NCBI RefSeq assembly: GCF_009914755.1
Contig: NC_060937.1
Strand: one strand, 5' to 3'
From: the human T2T-CHM13v2.0 reference genome, Homo sapiens
DNA: 64,000 nt
In this document: in pieces, positions 48,547 through 64,000 of the stretch
Position numbering within the stretch: position 1 is the stretch's first letter
Layout: each line of letters begins with the position of its first letter
The notes under the pieces: generated by a model
Databases searched by the model: none
Seen by the model: the letters and a program-made list of their open reading frames with translations, nothing else
What the model was told of the DNA's origin: nothing
Made by a program: the position numbers and the translations under genes

Positions 48547-50214
48547 CTAATATAAAGGTGATGGAATTCACTATCAAAACTTTTCAGAGACTTAGAAAAA
48601 ATATGGAAAATTAGTGAAAATGTAACAGAATGAGGCTTGAAATCAAGATAATTAAACTGCAAACTTTAAGAAGGCAGGAAAGATATCCTTTACTTAGTTT
48701 GTCTTGTCCAACTAATGGTTAGTTGAATGCCATGCACATAACGCATCCCTCTGAGTACTTATTGAATAAATGTAGAATGTCATTCTGGAATAAATTGAGG
48801 CAAGAAACTAGAGGGATAGCAGTGTGAAAAGTGAGATTAATTTATTTGGTATAGAGTCAGTAAATTTAAGTGGGCCATTTGAAACAACAAGCTTAAAAGA
48901 AAACCAAATAAGCATTTTCAATGCATAGAAATGCAACCATTTTTCTCCTTCTGTACTTTATCCATTCAAACATTGCTTGAAAAAAAATATAACTTTCAGT
49001 CTTGCTTTTTTATCTCCACCAAACTCAGATAATTTTGGTCGTTGATGACCTAAGCTAATTCCTATTTTAGAATGCTACGGACGAATGAATCTCAAAACTT
49101 CTTTTAACCAACTTATTTTATTCCATTTCCTAAGGAATAGAAACTTTTTACCTCCAACCAGGGGAGCTATGAAACAAACTCCCTATTTATTTCCAATCTA
49201 AACACATTTGATAAAACAGGCAGAGGAATTTTTTATCAGATCTGTATTTTAAATTTTCATGACTGTTGTTCAAGAGTTTCCACTCTTCTTCATAAATATG
49301 TAGAGGCTTAAAATTCTTTTCTGAAAAATAAACTGCTATTTTAAATGATTTTAACTCATATTTATAATACTTTTTTTTATTCTCTGATGATCTCTTGCTG
49401 TTTTTCTTTCTCTAGAAATGTTCTAAGAATAAATTAGCTGTTATACTAAGAAAGGTTCACAAAATGAGTCCTTCACCTATACAGCACCTCTTCTAAATAA
49501 CAGAGAGATTACAAATCCAATGTATTTAAACTCTGAGATGTCTATATGTGTAGTGTTAAAAAATGTAGCTGTCAGTTTTAACAGCTTTTCCCCTGAGATT
49601 TCAGTGGCTAGCTAATGATCTCTTTTAAGGATTAGGACAATTTCTAGATAGTGAAATGGCAGGAAAACATATCAAATACATATTTTTCCATTATACTATT
49701 CTGAGGACTGTAAAGTCTTACTCAATGTATATCACTTTTAATTTTTAGGATACATAGAAATATTTGCTAGTAGAAATAAATGGCAACTGTTTACTTGAAG
49801 ATGGTTTAGAAAGATGCTTTTCTCTTTTAATTTGAATTGCTACTGTAAATGTCATCACATGTATTTCAGTATTGTCTATGCCAACTTTGTACCTGAAAAA
49901 CAGTATTATGAATTGGGCATTATATTCCATCTTCATAAATTAAAAAAGAAACATAATAACTAGCGAAGTGGAATGAGGAAGGTGTGGGGAGACACAGAAT
50001 TTTTCAAAAGTAGTAACAAATTCAAGCATGTATTAGCTTAATATATCATAACTTAAATGATTTAAATTAGGTATATGTTTATACCAATAAGTTTTAAATT
50101 CTTAATTCTAACCTCATCAAGTACCAACAAAGAATGCCCTTCCATATTAATACACTTTGGGAATTAAGATAAAGTATATGTAATTAAATCATCAAACTCC
50201 TTTTGTTGTTTAGC

Positions 50215-50425
50215 AGGTAGTTTGATATAATAAGAGAAATTGTGTTCTCATTATATATTTGTCACAATGAATGAATGTAAAACCTTAATCAGGCTATCTG
50301 ACTTCTTTTAGTGACATTACCCTTTTTGCAACCAACACATCAAATTAGTAATATTTATCCTACAAAAATAATGTGAAGATAAATGAGATAACATATATAA
50401 TAGTCACAAATACTTATTGAATAAA
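50215..50425 (+). mobile_element. MIR (degenerate)
   Basis: TAATATTTATCCTAC...TGTGAAGATAAATGAGATAACATAT. Confidence 0.55.
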
Positions 50426-51019
50426 GCTGTTTTTATTTATATATTTCTATGTACTTACTAGATATGTTCTTATTAAATATTTTATTATGGTATATGTCAA
50501 GTCTTTTACTTCTTTTTTTATACTTAGTATATTATAGAACTCATCTTCCAATAAAATTGTAATACAATTTTCTTGATTTACTAATCCTAGGTGAAAAATA
50601 TATATATATATATATGTTGTCTTCTGTTTGAATTATGCTTAGTGGATGGCATTTTCAATAATCTCTCTGATTCTTCCTTTTCCTGTTTAAACTACTCTCA
50701 TTCTCATTGTGGCCTAGAGTTCTTTTTCCCTAATATTGCCTTCAGAAGGCTAAGTTTCTAATATAATAACAATTTGAGTCTTTACCACTTCTCTCTAGAA
50801 TCGTGATTTAGACTAGTTTATTAGAGTAAACAATATGATTCCAAATTTTTTCTTTTTTTTAATGGGCTAGCATCCAAAAAGCTTAAGAATTCTTGGGGGA
50901 AATGACATAATTAAGCTAGATTATTTTAATTTAAATTCAGAATTAAAAATCATTTTCAATAGCTTCTTTGTCTTAATTTAACAAGCTTTTGTTGAACATT
51001 GATTATATTTTGAATTCTA

Positions 51020-51512
51020 TTTTTTCTTTTATTTTTAGTTGGCACATAATTATACGTATTTATGGGATACAGAGTGATATTTTGATACATGTATACAATA
51101 TGAAATAATCTAATCAGAATAATTAGCATATCTATCACCTTGTACATTTGTCATTTCCTTGTGATGTGAATATTCAGAATTCTGTCTGGTACGTTTTTAA
51201 AAAAATTCACTAAATTATTGTTAACTTAATTCACCCTACAGTGCTACAGAACAGTAGAGCTATTCCTCCCTTCTAGCTACAACTTTGTTACAAAGTTAAC
51301 TTTGCTTACCAACCTCTTTCCATCCTCTTCTTATTCCCATCCTTTCCAGCCTCTGATAACTACAATTCTACTTGTTACTTTTATAAGTTCATTTTTACCT
51401 CCCACATATAAGTGAGAACATGTGGTTTTTCTCTCTCTGTGCCTGTCTTATTTCACTTAACGTAATGTCCTCCAGGCTCATCCACGTTGTAACTAATAAC
51501 ATGATTTCAATT
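51020..51512 (-). mobile_element. L1MA4/5-like 3' end
   Basis: ATTTATGGGATACAGAGTGATATTTTGATACATGTATACAA...CCCACATATAAGTGAGAACATG. Confidence 0.85.
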
Positions 51513-51559
51513 CATTACAAAACTTAAAAGGATACTCAACAGTGCCAAACATTCTATTT

Positions 51560-52960
51560 TAGTTTCCCAATGCATTCACTCCCACAGCATTCATAACAAT
51601 AACCTTCTACAAAGTTACCACATGTCTTATGCTAAATTGACAAGATCTCCCAATATTAAGTAAATTCTGTCCTTAGCTCTCCCTCTCATTTTAGTATTAT
51701 CATTCTCATTAATGAATAATTCCCTTTTTGTTAAAAGTTTACATTGACCTACCGTTGTCCTTCAGTTATCAACTTACTTTGTATTCTTTCTTTGAAAGAA
51801 ATCAATCAAACAATAGACAGTCTCCTTCAATATTTCCTGTACTGTCTTCAACCCACTTAGCTGAGTACTTTCTTTTTTCTCTACTTACTCACTTTTTCCC
51901 GAGTGTTCTCAAGCATTTTCATGGGTTTAAAGGCCAGTTACATGATAGCATCTCAGAATATTTCCAATTTTGGTATCTTCTCTGAGGTAGAGCTTTGCAT
52001 AGTCATCTACTTACTTAATATCAAATGTGGATTGTTTTATAGACAACTGAAATTCATAATGTTTTAAGTAGAGTTTTGTTATTTTCTCTGCTTCCCAGTT
52101 TGTGTGTGTATGTTTGTTTGTTTACTTCAGCTGGTGTTCCCATTGATTTTATCTTATCTAATACACCAAAACCCTATCAGTAGCTGTTTTCTTCAAACTT
52201 GCACATATCTTAAATATGTATTTCATTATTTTGAACAAGGTCTCCACCTTCTTGTCCTTTCACTTTAATAGTTTTCTAATTCATTTCCTTGTGTTTATTC
52301 TTGTCCCAGTAAAAATTATTCTTGGTTTAAGAGGCAGAGATATATATGTATTATAAACACAGGGAAACAAATTAGATATAAACCAATTATTATAAACCAA
52401 TGTAATAATAATAATATATATTACATTTTTTTCTTTTTTATTTCTTCTTTTTCTTTTTTATTTTTTGTAATGTAAGCAAGATTCTTTCCCTCCTTTGCCT
52501 TAAATCCTTTAGTTACTTGTGGAGTACAATTACAAATCTCCAGGATGCTAAAGCTCTGCTCTGCTGTCTACAATCAAAGGCACCATTCAAGACCCTCACT
52601 CCTAACGAGACAGGGCTCTTTCCACTCTTGAAACACAGTTTTTCCCCATGTCAGGGTTTTGCACAAGGTAACATCTTGTCTTTGAAGCTTCATAGTTTGG
52701 CTTGTTAATCAAATGGTTCCTTTTCCATATTTAAGTCATCACTTTACATTTCATTTTCTTGGAGAGGTCTTCGCATGACTCCAAGCTATCACCAGTTATG
52801 TGCTATCGTAGAACATGGTTTATCCAGAAATAGTGATAACTTTCATCACTATTGATCATTCTTTGGTTTTCTTTACATTTATTTTATATCTTAAACACTG
52901 TAATATAAAAGACCTCAGGGATGGACCATGAATTTTATATTTAGCACAATACTTCAGAAG
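51560..52960 (+). mobile_element. Degenerate L2
   Basis: CATGGGTTTAAA, CAGGGTTTTGCACAAG and GGAGAGGTCTTC L2-like motifs. Confidence 0.5.
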
Positions 52961-53254
52961 ATCCATACTATCCTTTTTCTTTTTTATTCATTTTATTTTA
53001 AAATTTTCATTTTGAACTACTTTAAAGCTTACAAAAATATATTTTAAAAAATCAAGAGTTCCTATATATTCTTCACCCAGCTTCTTGACTGCTAACACCA
53101 ATCTAAGAGTACAGTTACTCACATTAGGAAATTGATATGGAATTAGTTACTTACCTACATATTTTGTTCATGGTTCCACTAATGTTTTTTAACTAGGATC
53201 AAAATCAGGGTCACATATTGCATTTATCTGCTACATTTCTTTAGTCTTCTTTAT

Positions 53255-53561
<307 letters not shown>

Positions 53562-54419
53562 TCAGCTTTTCTTTTTGTCTTTCATGCCCTTGATACTTGT
53601 TTTTTGTAGATTATTCTGAAGTTTGATTTTTTTCTAATATTTCTTCATGGTTAAATTCACATAATATATTTTGGCAAGAATGCCACAATGCCGAGGTTGT
53701 CCTTCTCAGTGCATCATATCAGGAGGCACATGATATCATCGTGTCCTAATACTGTTGACGTTAACTCTGATCACTTGAATAAGATATTGTCTGCCACATT
53801 TCTCCACTTCAAAGTTACCATTTTTAAAATCAGTATTTTGTTGAGAGATACTTGGAGATTATGTAAATATCTTGTTTCTCATAATTGTATCCACTAATTT
53901 TAGCAGACTTGTCTGCAACAATTATATGGTATTTGCCAAGAAATGAGAATCTATTTCCACTATTCTTTCTATATTTATTGATTAGAATTCTACTGTATGG
54001 AAAAGCTTTCCTTTGTCCCACTTTTCTTATTTATCCAATTATTTATTTATATTAGTGTGGATTCATGTGTATTTGGTTTAATTAATCTGAATAATCTATT
54101 GCCATCATTATTTATTCCCTTGCTCAATTTATCTCAGTTTGTGTCACTGAGAGCCACTTCTAGTTAGCTCCTATGTTCTTTGGCATGTCTCCATCATTAG
54201 TTGAGACTTCCTTATTTTCTTAACAACAACAGATGTCTCAGACCCATTTTGTTCTTTCTGCCGCATGCACCTAGAATCAGGCATTGATCCAAGCAGCTCT
54301 GTATCCTTTTAACGAAGAAAAAAGTGAATCCAAGATTTGAATGCTAGATGTGCTGATTGCTATTAAAATGTTATTGCTTCTAGTCTTAGTGGTTAAAATT
54401 AAGAAATATACACACATTC

Positions 54420-54755
<336 letters not shown>

Positions 54756-54962
54756 CTAGGTCTATTTATATATCTACACATTCTTTTCAATTTCTATCTA
54801 ACGTAGAAAAAAAGTAAACTTAAGTATATATTGATAGTTTTGATTCTGATTGAACACCATAAGTGTTATTCTAGTCTCCACTCCCCTTCATTTCTAAATT
54901 CTTTTTCTAAAACAGAATCACTTAGTTTTGTTTTAGTTAATATACTTAATATAATCATTTGC

Positions 54963-55110
54963 TTTTTATTTTTATTTTTTTAAATTTCAACTTTTAGATT
55001 TGAGGATATATGTGAGGGTTTGTTACAGAGTATACTGCATGATGCTGAGGTTTGGGGTATGACTGAACCCATCATCCAGGTAGTGAGCATAGAACCCAAG
55101 AGGTATTTTC
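54963..55110 (-). mobile_element. L1PA15/16-like 3' terminal fragment
   Basis: TTTCAACTTTTAGATTTGAGG...GCATGATGCTGAGGTTTGGGGTATGA...GGTAGTGAGCATAG. Confidence 0.8.
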
Positions 55111-57004
55111 TATGGCACTTTACACATTCTAGAAAACTGGTTGTTAATTAGCACAAGCACCTATAATAGTGCCTGATATATTTAATACTCAAAATATATG
55201 TTAAATTAAAAACAAATGTATAAATTAATGGTTGACTATCATAATAATTACTCAAAATGTAACATAATTCCAAAGGAGAAAACTTTTTTCTAAAAAGGCT
55301 CTCTCAATTGCTCTTTCTGATTTATTATTTTCCCCAAATCTGTAGTTGCTTCATTATTGTTTGGAATTTTGCATTAGTTGTCAACAAACAAAAAATATGG
55401 ATCATACCACAGCTCTTTCATTGCTTTCATTTCTTGAGATATATGAATGTATGTGATATCTTTGATGTCCTGTATTTTATCTTTATTGCTTTTTGTTACT
55501 TAAGAACATCTAGAAAAGAAGATAAATATTAATCATGTCAGAAATTATCAAAGGTTGATTACAATAAAAATTTCTCTAATGTGATAACCACTCAAAAACT
55601 TCCTTCTTCATCAAAACACAGTATTTTTTAAAAAATAGAGTGCTTCATTTTTATTTCACAGAAAATAATCAAATGATAGCCAGAATATTATGAACTAGAG
55701 TCACATAGGCTATTCTAATAATACTTTTTGTGAAAGAAGTATTGAGGAGGTCTTAGGACCAAAGAATATTTGTTTAATAGTGTCAGAATTCATTTTAACA
55801 CCATAAAAAGGATATGTATTTGTTCAATTTCACTCACTGCACAAAGAATTAGATAAAAGAAGATTTTCAGTAATAGCATTCATTTTGAGTCTTACCAATC
55901 CTTTCAGTTTTGGTATAACAAAAAGGCTATTAGCTTTTACTCTGTTGTGTTGAATTTTGATGATTTCTGACAGTCTTCACTGAGATGCTCAAAGAGATGA
56001 GACTTGCCAGTCGAATAACTTAAGATCTCATTAAATTTACCAGCAACATAAAAGCTATTTCTGCCTCTTAACTTTTTGATGTGTTGCCTTTTTCTAATCC
56101 TCTTCTCAGGACCTATTTGAAAGACAATAAAAATTTTGTTTTTGTGTGTTGAAAGATTTCTCCATTATCAAGAGAGTAGTCAGTTCTTAACTTTAGAATG
56201 ATTGTATATATAGATATGAAAAATAAGGAAACAATTATTAAGAAAACTAATCAAATTTTTTACTAACATTTAGTAATTTTAACAAAATTATTGTGCATTG
56301 TATTTTGCAGCATTTATGCAGAGGATATACTAACCTGTTTAAATTTTTAGACACAAATAGTAGAAAATAGAACATCATCATTTTCAGGAGCAAGGAAGTA
56401 ACCTGTGAAAAAGTGAATGCCTTTCTTCAAATAATATGCTAATGAAAGGCTGAGATATTAATGTCCAAATATTATAAAACGTTCATTTTAATATAATGTT
56501 TTACTTTATATTTATATTGTATTGTATAACAAAGAAATGTGAGTCTTCTTACACCTGAGAACTTGAACTGGCAATCTACATATTGTTGTTGAAACAATTT
56601 TAAATTAAACATACAATGAGAGGGAAAAATGATTCTGTTGCCTCAATTTTAAAAGGAATATTTTGAAGAAATAATTTTCCATATAATAGCTTGTTATGAT
56701 CTTGCCTTTTAGCCTCCCTGGATAAAGAAATGCATACTTATAATAATTGAAGGAAGACAATTTTCCTTGTTTTCTGCAAATTAGAAATATATTAGGCTAT
56801 TAAATACATAATTCAAAATATACAGAATAAAGGTATTATAGAACCTAAGAATTATATAAAGAATTATATACATAAAGTAATGAATACATATACAAATAGT
56901 ATAAAAATACTAAAAATAGTATTTGCTTATTGATTAATTACTATGGGTATTATATAACTCTTAGTTTCTACATTGCCTTTCTATTCTTAGTTATTATAAT
57001 AGGT

Positions 57005-57146
57005 ATATTATAATTACTAATACGTATAAACTACTTATAGTTTATATGAATGTGTTATATGTACATGTATATTATAATAACTAATACCTATAAACTATTT
57101 ACAATTATACATATTATAATAACTAATAAATATAAACTACTTATTG
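57005..57146. repeat. AT-rich ~36-bp unit repeated three times
   Basis: ATATTATAAT(T/A)ACTAATANNTATAAACTA at about 57005, 57068 and 57110. Confidence 0.7.
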
Positions 57147-57732
57147 TCAAAACTGTTTTTAACTATTAAAAGATAAAGCACACAGATATGTTTTCTTTAC
57201 TAGGTATTCCCAGAAGCACTCATAAAACTCGGAGTTTTCATATAGCAGTGATTACAGACTTGCTATTTTTATTATTCCCATTTCATAGATTAAGAGCACA
57301 AGACTCATATTAGTGTTATTTAGCCATGTCACAGAGCCAGTTCCCAGATATTTTTTCCACTTGTTTTGTCATGAAGAATGAGAAGTAGAATCAGCATCAA
57401 GTTTGTGCTAAACAAGTACAATAATAAGAAAGCACAGCAAATGCTGACTAGACTGTAAGAATATTTTTGCTTTTAGGCTACCCAAAAAAGATAAGATATA
57501 TGAGGTGATCAAAGTGAATAATTATATAAACAAGAGGAATTAGAATATGAATAAGCCAGGAAAAATAGGAATAGTCCAAAAAAACACACACACCCATTTC
57601 TTATTTAAACTTAAAAGGAGACAAATTCATTCAATCTATATATATTTATTTTGCTACCTCAATAGAGATAAATATCTTCTCTAAGAAAAATCCCACTTTA
57701 CTTAAAATGTATCACATTTACCTAACAAGTAA

Positions 57733-58068
<336 letters not shown>

Positions 58069-58146
58069 TCATTTATTTTCATATAAAATATAGGGTCAAG
58101 TATGTTGAGATATTAATTACGCTATATTTTGCTCAGTATTGCCTAA

Positions 58147-58457
<311 letters not shown>

Positions 58458-58570
58458 GGATTATTTTATCATTGTAGAGAATAGCTTCTAGGTTATGAGA
58501 ATATTAAATAAAATAAACTGGAGAGACTCTCAGCAGCAAACTATGGTATGTAAGTATATAGGTAAATATG

Positions 58571-58651
58571 TATCTATCTATCTATTTATCTATCTAATCT
58601 AGCCTATCTATCTATCTATCTATCACCTATCTATCCATCTATCTATCTATC
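58571..58651. repeat. Interrupted (TATC)n / GATA tetranucleotide STR
   Basis: TATCTATCTATC runs with interruptions. Confidence 0.9.
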
Positions 58652-58899
58652 TCCTTTTCTTTCATTTATGTCTGGATCTGTACCAAACACCAGGCAGAGG
58701 AGTTAGGAGAAGTAACTGAAAAACCCATGGGTGACATCACCAACTAAAACAGGTGACAAATAATCAGCATAAAACCCAGGATACAAGAGTAATTGTCCTA
58801 ATCATTGGCAGCATAGGGCCAGTACCAGCTGGACTTAATGGCAAAGATAAAATGAAGATAAAAGGAAGTATTGTAAGATCTTAATATCAATAAACTACA

Positions 58900-60420
58900 A
58901 CAAGAAATCATCAATAATGCTCACTCCCAAAAGAAAAATACTTACCCTGAAGAAAAACAATTGGAACAAAATCAAAATTAATCAGAGAATCAGATAATCT
59001 GAGACAAGTAAGATAATTTTTAGAAAATAATTTTTAGAAAAAAAAAATTTGAAGGTACATAAAATCAAATAGAAGTGGTACAAACTATAGTAAGAGATAT
59101 AGAGTATAAAAATAAGAGTAAAAAACAGAAATTGAGAGATTAAAAACATCTAAAAATTTTCTAAACATAGAACTTAGGCAAAGAATAGTAATACCCATGT
59201 AACGGTTATTTCTAAGAACAAAAATTAAAATAAAAAATAATATTAATTATTTGAGCATGAAGGTAAAAGGATAAGAAGTTTATATTGATAATAGACTTCT
59301 TGATAGCAACATTTTATACAGGATGATAATCAAGAAATGGTTTAATGATTATGAAACAGATAACACAGTAGCGAGATGAGATTTTATTCATCCAAACTAT
59401 GAATCATGTCTAAGGAATGTAGAACATCATGAATATTTATGATTTTAAGAAACATTGTTCCTGTGATGGCTTTTTTAGAAATGTCCTACCTACTGACAAG
59501 AAGACAAACATCATGTGAAGCTTCTGGATAAGGACTAAATATGTTTAATTTTATAATTAAGAACAAGTAATGGGGATTAAAGTGACAAAACATGATGCTA
59601 TTAAGTGTGTTAAACATGAAGAAATAATGCAACTCAACAACAAATGGAAAAAAGGAGAAGAAAAAGAAAGTAGACGAATCTTAATGACTATCTCAGGAGT
59701 AATTAACTGCCATTAAAAAAATATGGAATTAAAGTAAATGTTAAGCAAAAAGAGAGAAGAAAGGAAAGAAAGTTTACTAGAATACAGTATTACTACTCAT
59801 TGAAGAAATCAATAGACAGTATTCAAACACACTAGAGGACTAGTATATTTTATTATAATATTATTATAAGATAATAATAAGAATAAACATAGAAACATTT
59901 ATAAATACCAAATGAGTATATCCTGCCCCTCAAATTAAAGTGTAAATACAGGGCAAGATTTTATATAAATTATTTATATAGCAAAAACTTATATAACAGA
60001 ACTTAACACCAGCATAACAGGTATATCAAAGACACAAATGGGCTTAACTCACCATTAAATGGCATACTTTTAGATTGGCTAATGGAGCAGAATCCAATCT
60101 ATTCTGTGTGCAAGAAACATATTGAACAAGGCAATTCAGAATGGTTTAATGTAAAAGGAAGAGCAAAGATAGATCTTGTATGATAGCAAGATCCTGAAAT
60201 AGTTGTCAGAATTTTGCTATGAGACAAGATAGAATTTAAGACAAAATAAATTTAACAGGATAAGGAAGGGAAATTTATTCTACAGAAGGATTCATGCTTC
60301 ATTCTACATTAAAAATAAAATATATATTAATAACATACACAAAATTACAATTTTCATAAAGCAGAAAGAAGTTGAAAGAAGAAATAGACATTAAAACTGG
60401 AGATTTTAACATAGCTTATT
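58900..60420 (+). mobile_element. Very old L1M spanning ORF1 end and ORF2 endonuclease start
   Basis: AAATGGGCTTAACTC, CAAGAAACATA and GACAAGATAGAATTTAAGACAAAA resemble the 5' end of L1 ORF2. Confidence 0.5.
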
Positions 60421-60489
60421 AATTGGTAAGTCCTTGAAGAATGCAAATAAGCCTCACTTTTACTAATTAAAAAAAATTAACACAAATAC

Positions 60490-60894
60490 TGACAAAGACT
60501 CTCTCCTTCATCAAACTTTAGTCAGATTTTTGAGCTCTCCTCTCAACTAGATCTTCACCTAGGCCCCTTGCCTAGTCTCCATAGCTCACTTTTAACAAGA
60601 ATCCTTAAGTCCATATAGACAGAATCTTGATATCTGATCACCCTGAGCTGCCTTCAGCAAGAATCCTGTTAATTTGGTTTAGCAAGAGTTCCTCTACTTT
60701 TGATGTCTCCTCTTAGTAATTTTCCATCCACTGACCCCCTCACACTGCTCTTTTGCTATAAATTTCCATGTGTGCTTGTATTTGGAATTGAGCTCCTTTC
60801 TCTACTAAAGTCTCTTTTCCTGTGTTGCAATAATTTCTGAATAAAATCTTTCTTTACTGCTTTAATTACCCTCTGGCTCTGGTTCTCTTTGACA
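60490..60894 (+). mobile_element. MER31A-type solo LTR (ERV1)
   Basis: TGACAAAGACTCTCTCCTT..CAAACTTTAGTCAG, TAGTAATTTTCCATCCACTGACCCCC, AATAAA, terminal TTTGACA. Confidence 0.85.
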
Positions 60895-60971
60895 TTACTC
60901 TTTGAAGAATCAATTTAGGGGAAAAGAATAAATGCAAGAAGACAAAGGCAGAGACTATTATCCAAATATAG

Positions 60972-63118
<2,147 letters not shown>

Positions 63119-63158
63119 GAATGGAGATAATGATGATGGTAATGTCTTGGATACTGAT

Positions 63159-63529
63159 TGCAATGGACTGCATGTCTGTTGCCACCCTGTCTCTGAAACT
63201 TATAGGTGGAAATCCTAACCCTTAATATGATGGTATTAGGAGGTGGGACTTTCAGGAGGTGGTTACATCATGAGGTTGGAGCCCTTCTAAATGGAACTAG
63301 TTCCCCTATACAATAGACCCAAGAGAGTTGTCTCACTCTCTGGCATGTGAGGATACAAGAAGAAAATGGTAGTCTGCAACTTAGAAGAGAGATATCACTG
63401 AAACCTGGTCACTCTGGTACCATGGTCTCAGACTTCTAGCCTTTAGAACTGTGAAAAAATTGATTTTTGTTATTTCTAAGCCACCTAGTCTATAGGTCTT
63501 TGTGATAGCAGTCAGAATTGACTAAAACA
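63159..63529 (+). mobile_element. MSTD-type MaLR solo LTR
   Basis: TGCAATGGACTG, ATGGTATTAGGAGGTGGG, TAAGCCACCTAGTCTAT, GACTAAAACA. Confidence 0.85.
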
Positions 63530-64000
63530 GTAATAGTAGCAATGGCGATGGAAAGAGTGAATGCATTTGATATATACTTTGAAGAAAGAAATAACAGGAC
63601 TATCAGTCATGTGGATGTTTGGCATGAGAGAAATGCAAGATGGCAATTAAACAACTTTGTGTCTAAGTCTGAAGGTTGGAGAATAGGCAAAGGTAAAAGT
63701 AAAGCTATGGGAGTTACCGACACTTATGAGCCCTTTAAAGGAATTATTTATTTTTATTGTTAAATCACCAAGGAAGGGTTGAAACAGACAATAGAAATTA
63801 ATGCCAAATGAGCTGAAAAAAAAATGTGTTGCAATTAAGTTGGGAATAAAAAGCTGAGGTGGCAAGAAGAAAAGCAAGGTTGGTATATTTTTAAAGAACT
63901 CTATAATGAATAATGTTTTGAAGAGGAAGAAATTTTCAACAATTTGAAATGCTGCTGAGACTTTGGGAAATGTGAATGGTGCCCACGTAGAAGTTATTGA
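63530..64000 (-). mobile_element. L2 fragment (continues at 60900-60986 and 63135-63158; host of the L1PA3 and MSTD)
   Basis: Purine-rich antisense L2 motifs such as GATATATACTTTGAAG and AAATGCTGCTGAGA. Confidence 0.55.

Noticed and set aside
60490-60894. Local MER31A as the donor of the transduced LTR piece at 39666-39810
   Set aside because: Its 3' end differs (CTTTACTGCTTTAATTACCC vs CCTTACCACTTTAACTAGTG), it is uninterrupted, and it has no L1PA15/16 inside it.

Overview
Human genomic DNA (it carries AluYa5, AluYg6 and AluYb-lineage elements, which amplified mainly in the human lineage). It is AT-rich and gene-poor, and much of it is nested interspersed repeats: L1, L2, MIR, Alu, MaLR/ERVL/ERV1 LTRs, hAT and Tigger DNA transposons. 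I found no intact protein-coding gene, RNA gene or CRISPR array. The only gene-derived sequence is a processed RPL7A pseudogene (minus strand, 11184-12118) split by an AluYg6. The long ORFs in the track are L1 ORF2 remnants, Alu antisense frames or RPL7A fragments. I see no previously undescribed biological system and could not identify the locus. The best observations concern retrotransposon history: (1) an apparent ancient L1 3' transduction bounded by a 10-bp TSD inside a Tigger4a; (2) three young Alus of different lineages within 47 kb, one an intermediate AluYb with 5 of 8 Yb8 diagnostics; (3) a 5'-complete but 3'-truncated RPL7A retrocopy; (4) possible plus-strand non-coding exons. Subfamily names come from recalled consensus sequences compared by eye, and boundaries of old elements are approximate.
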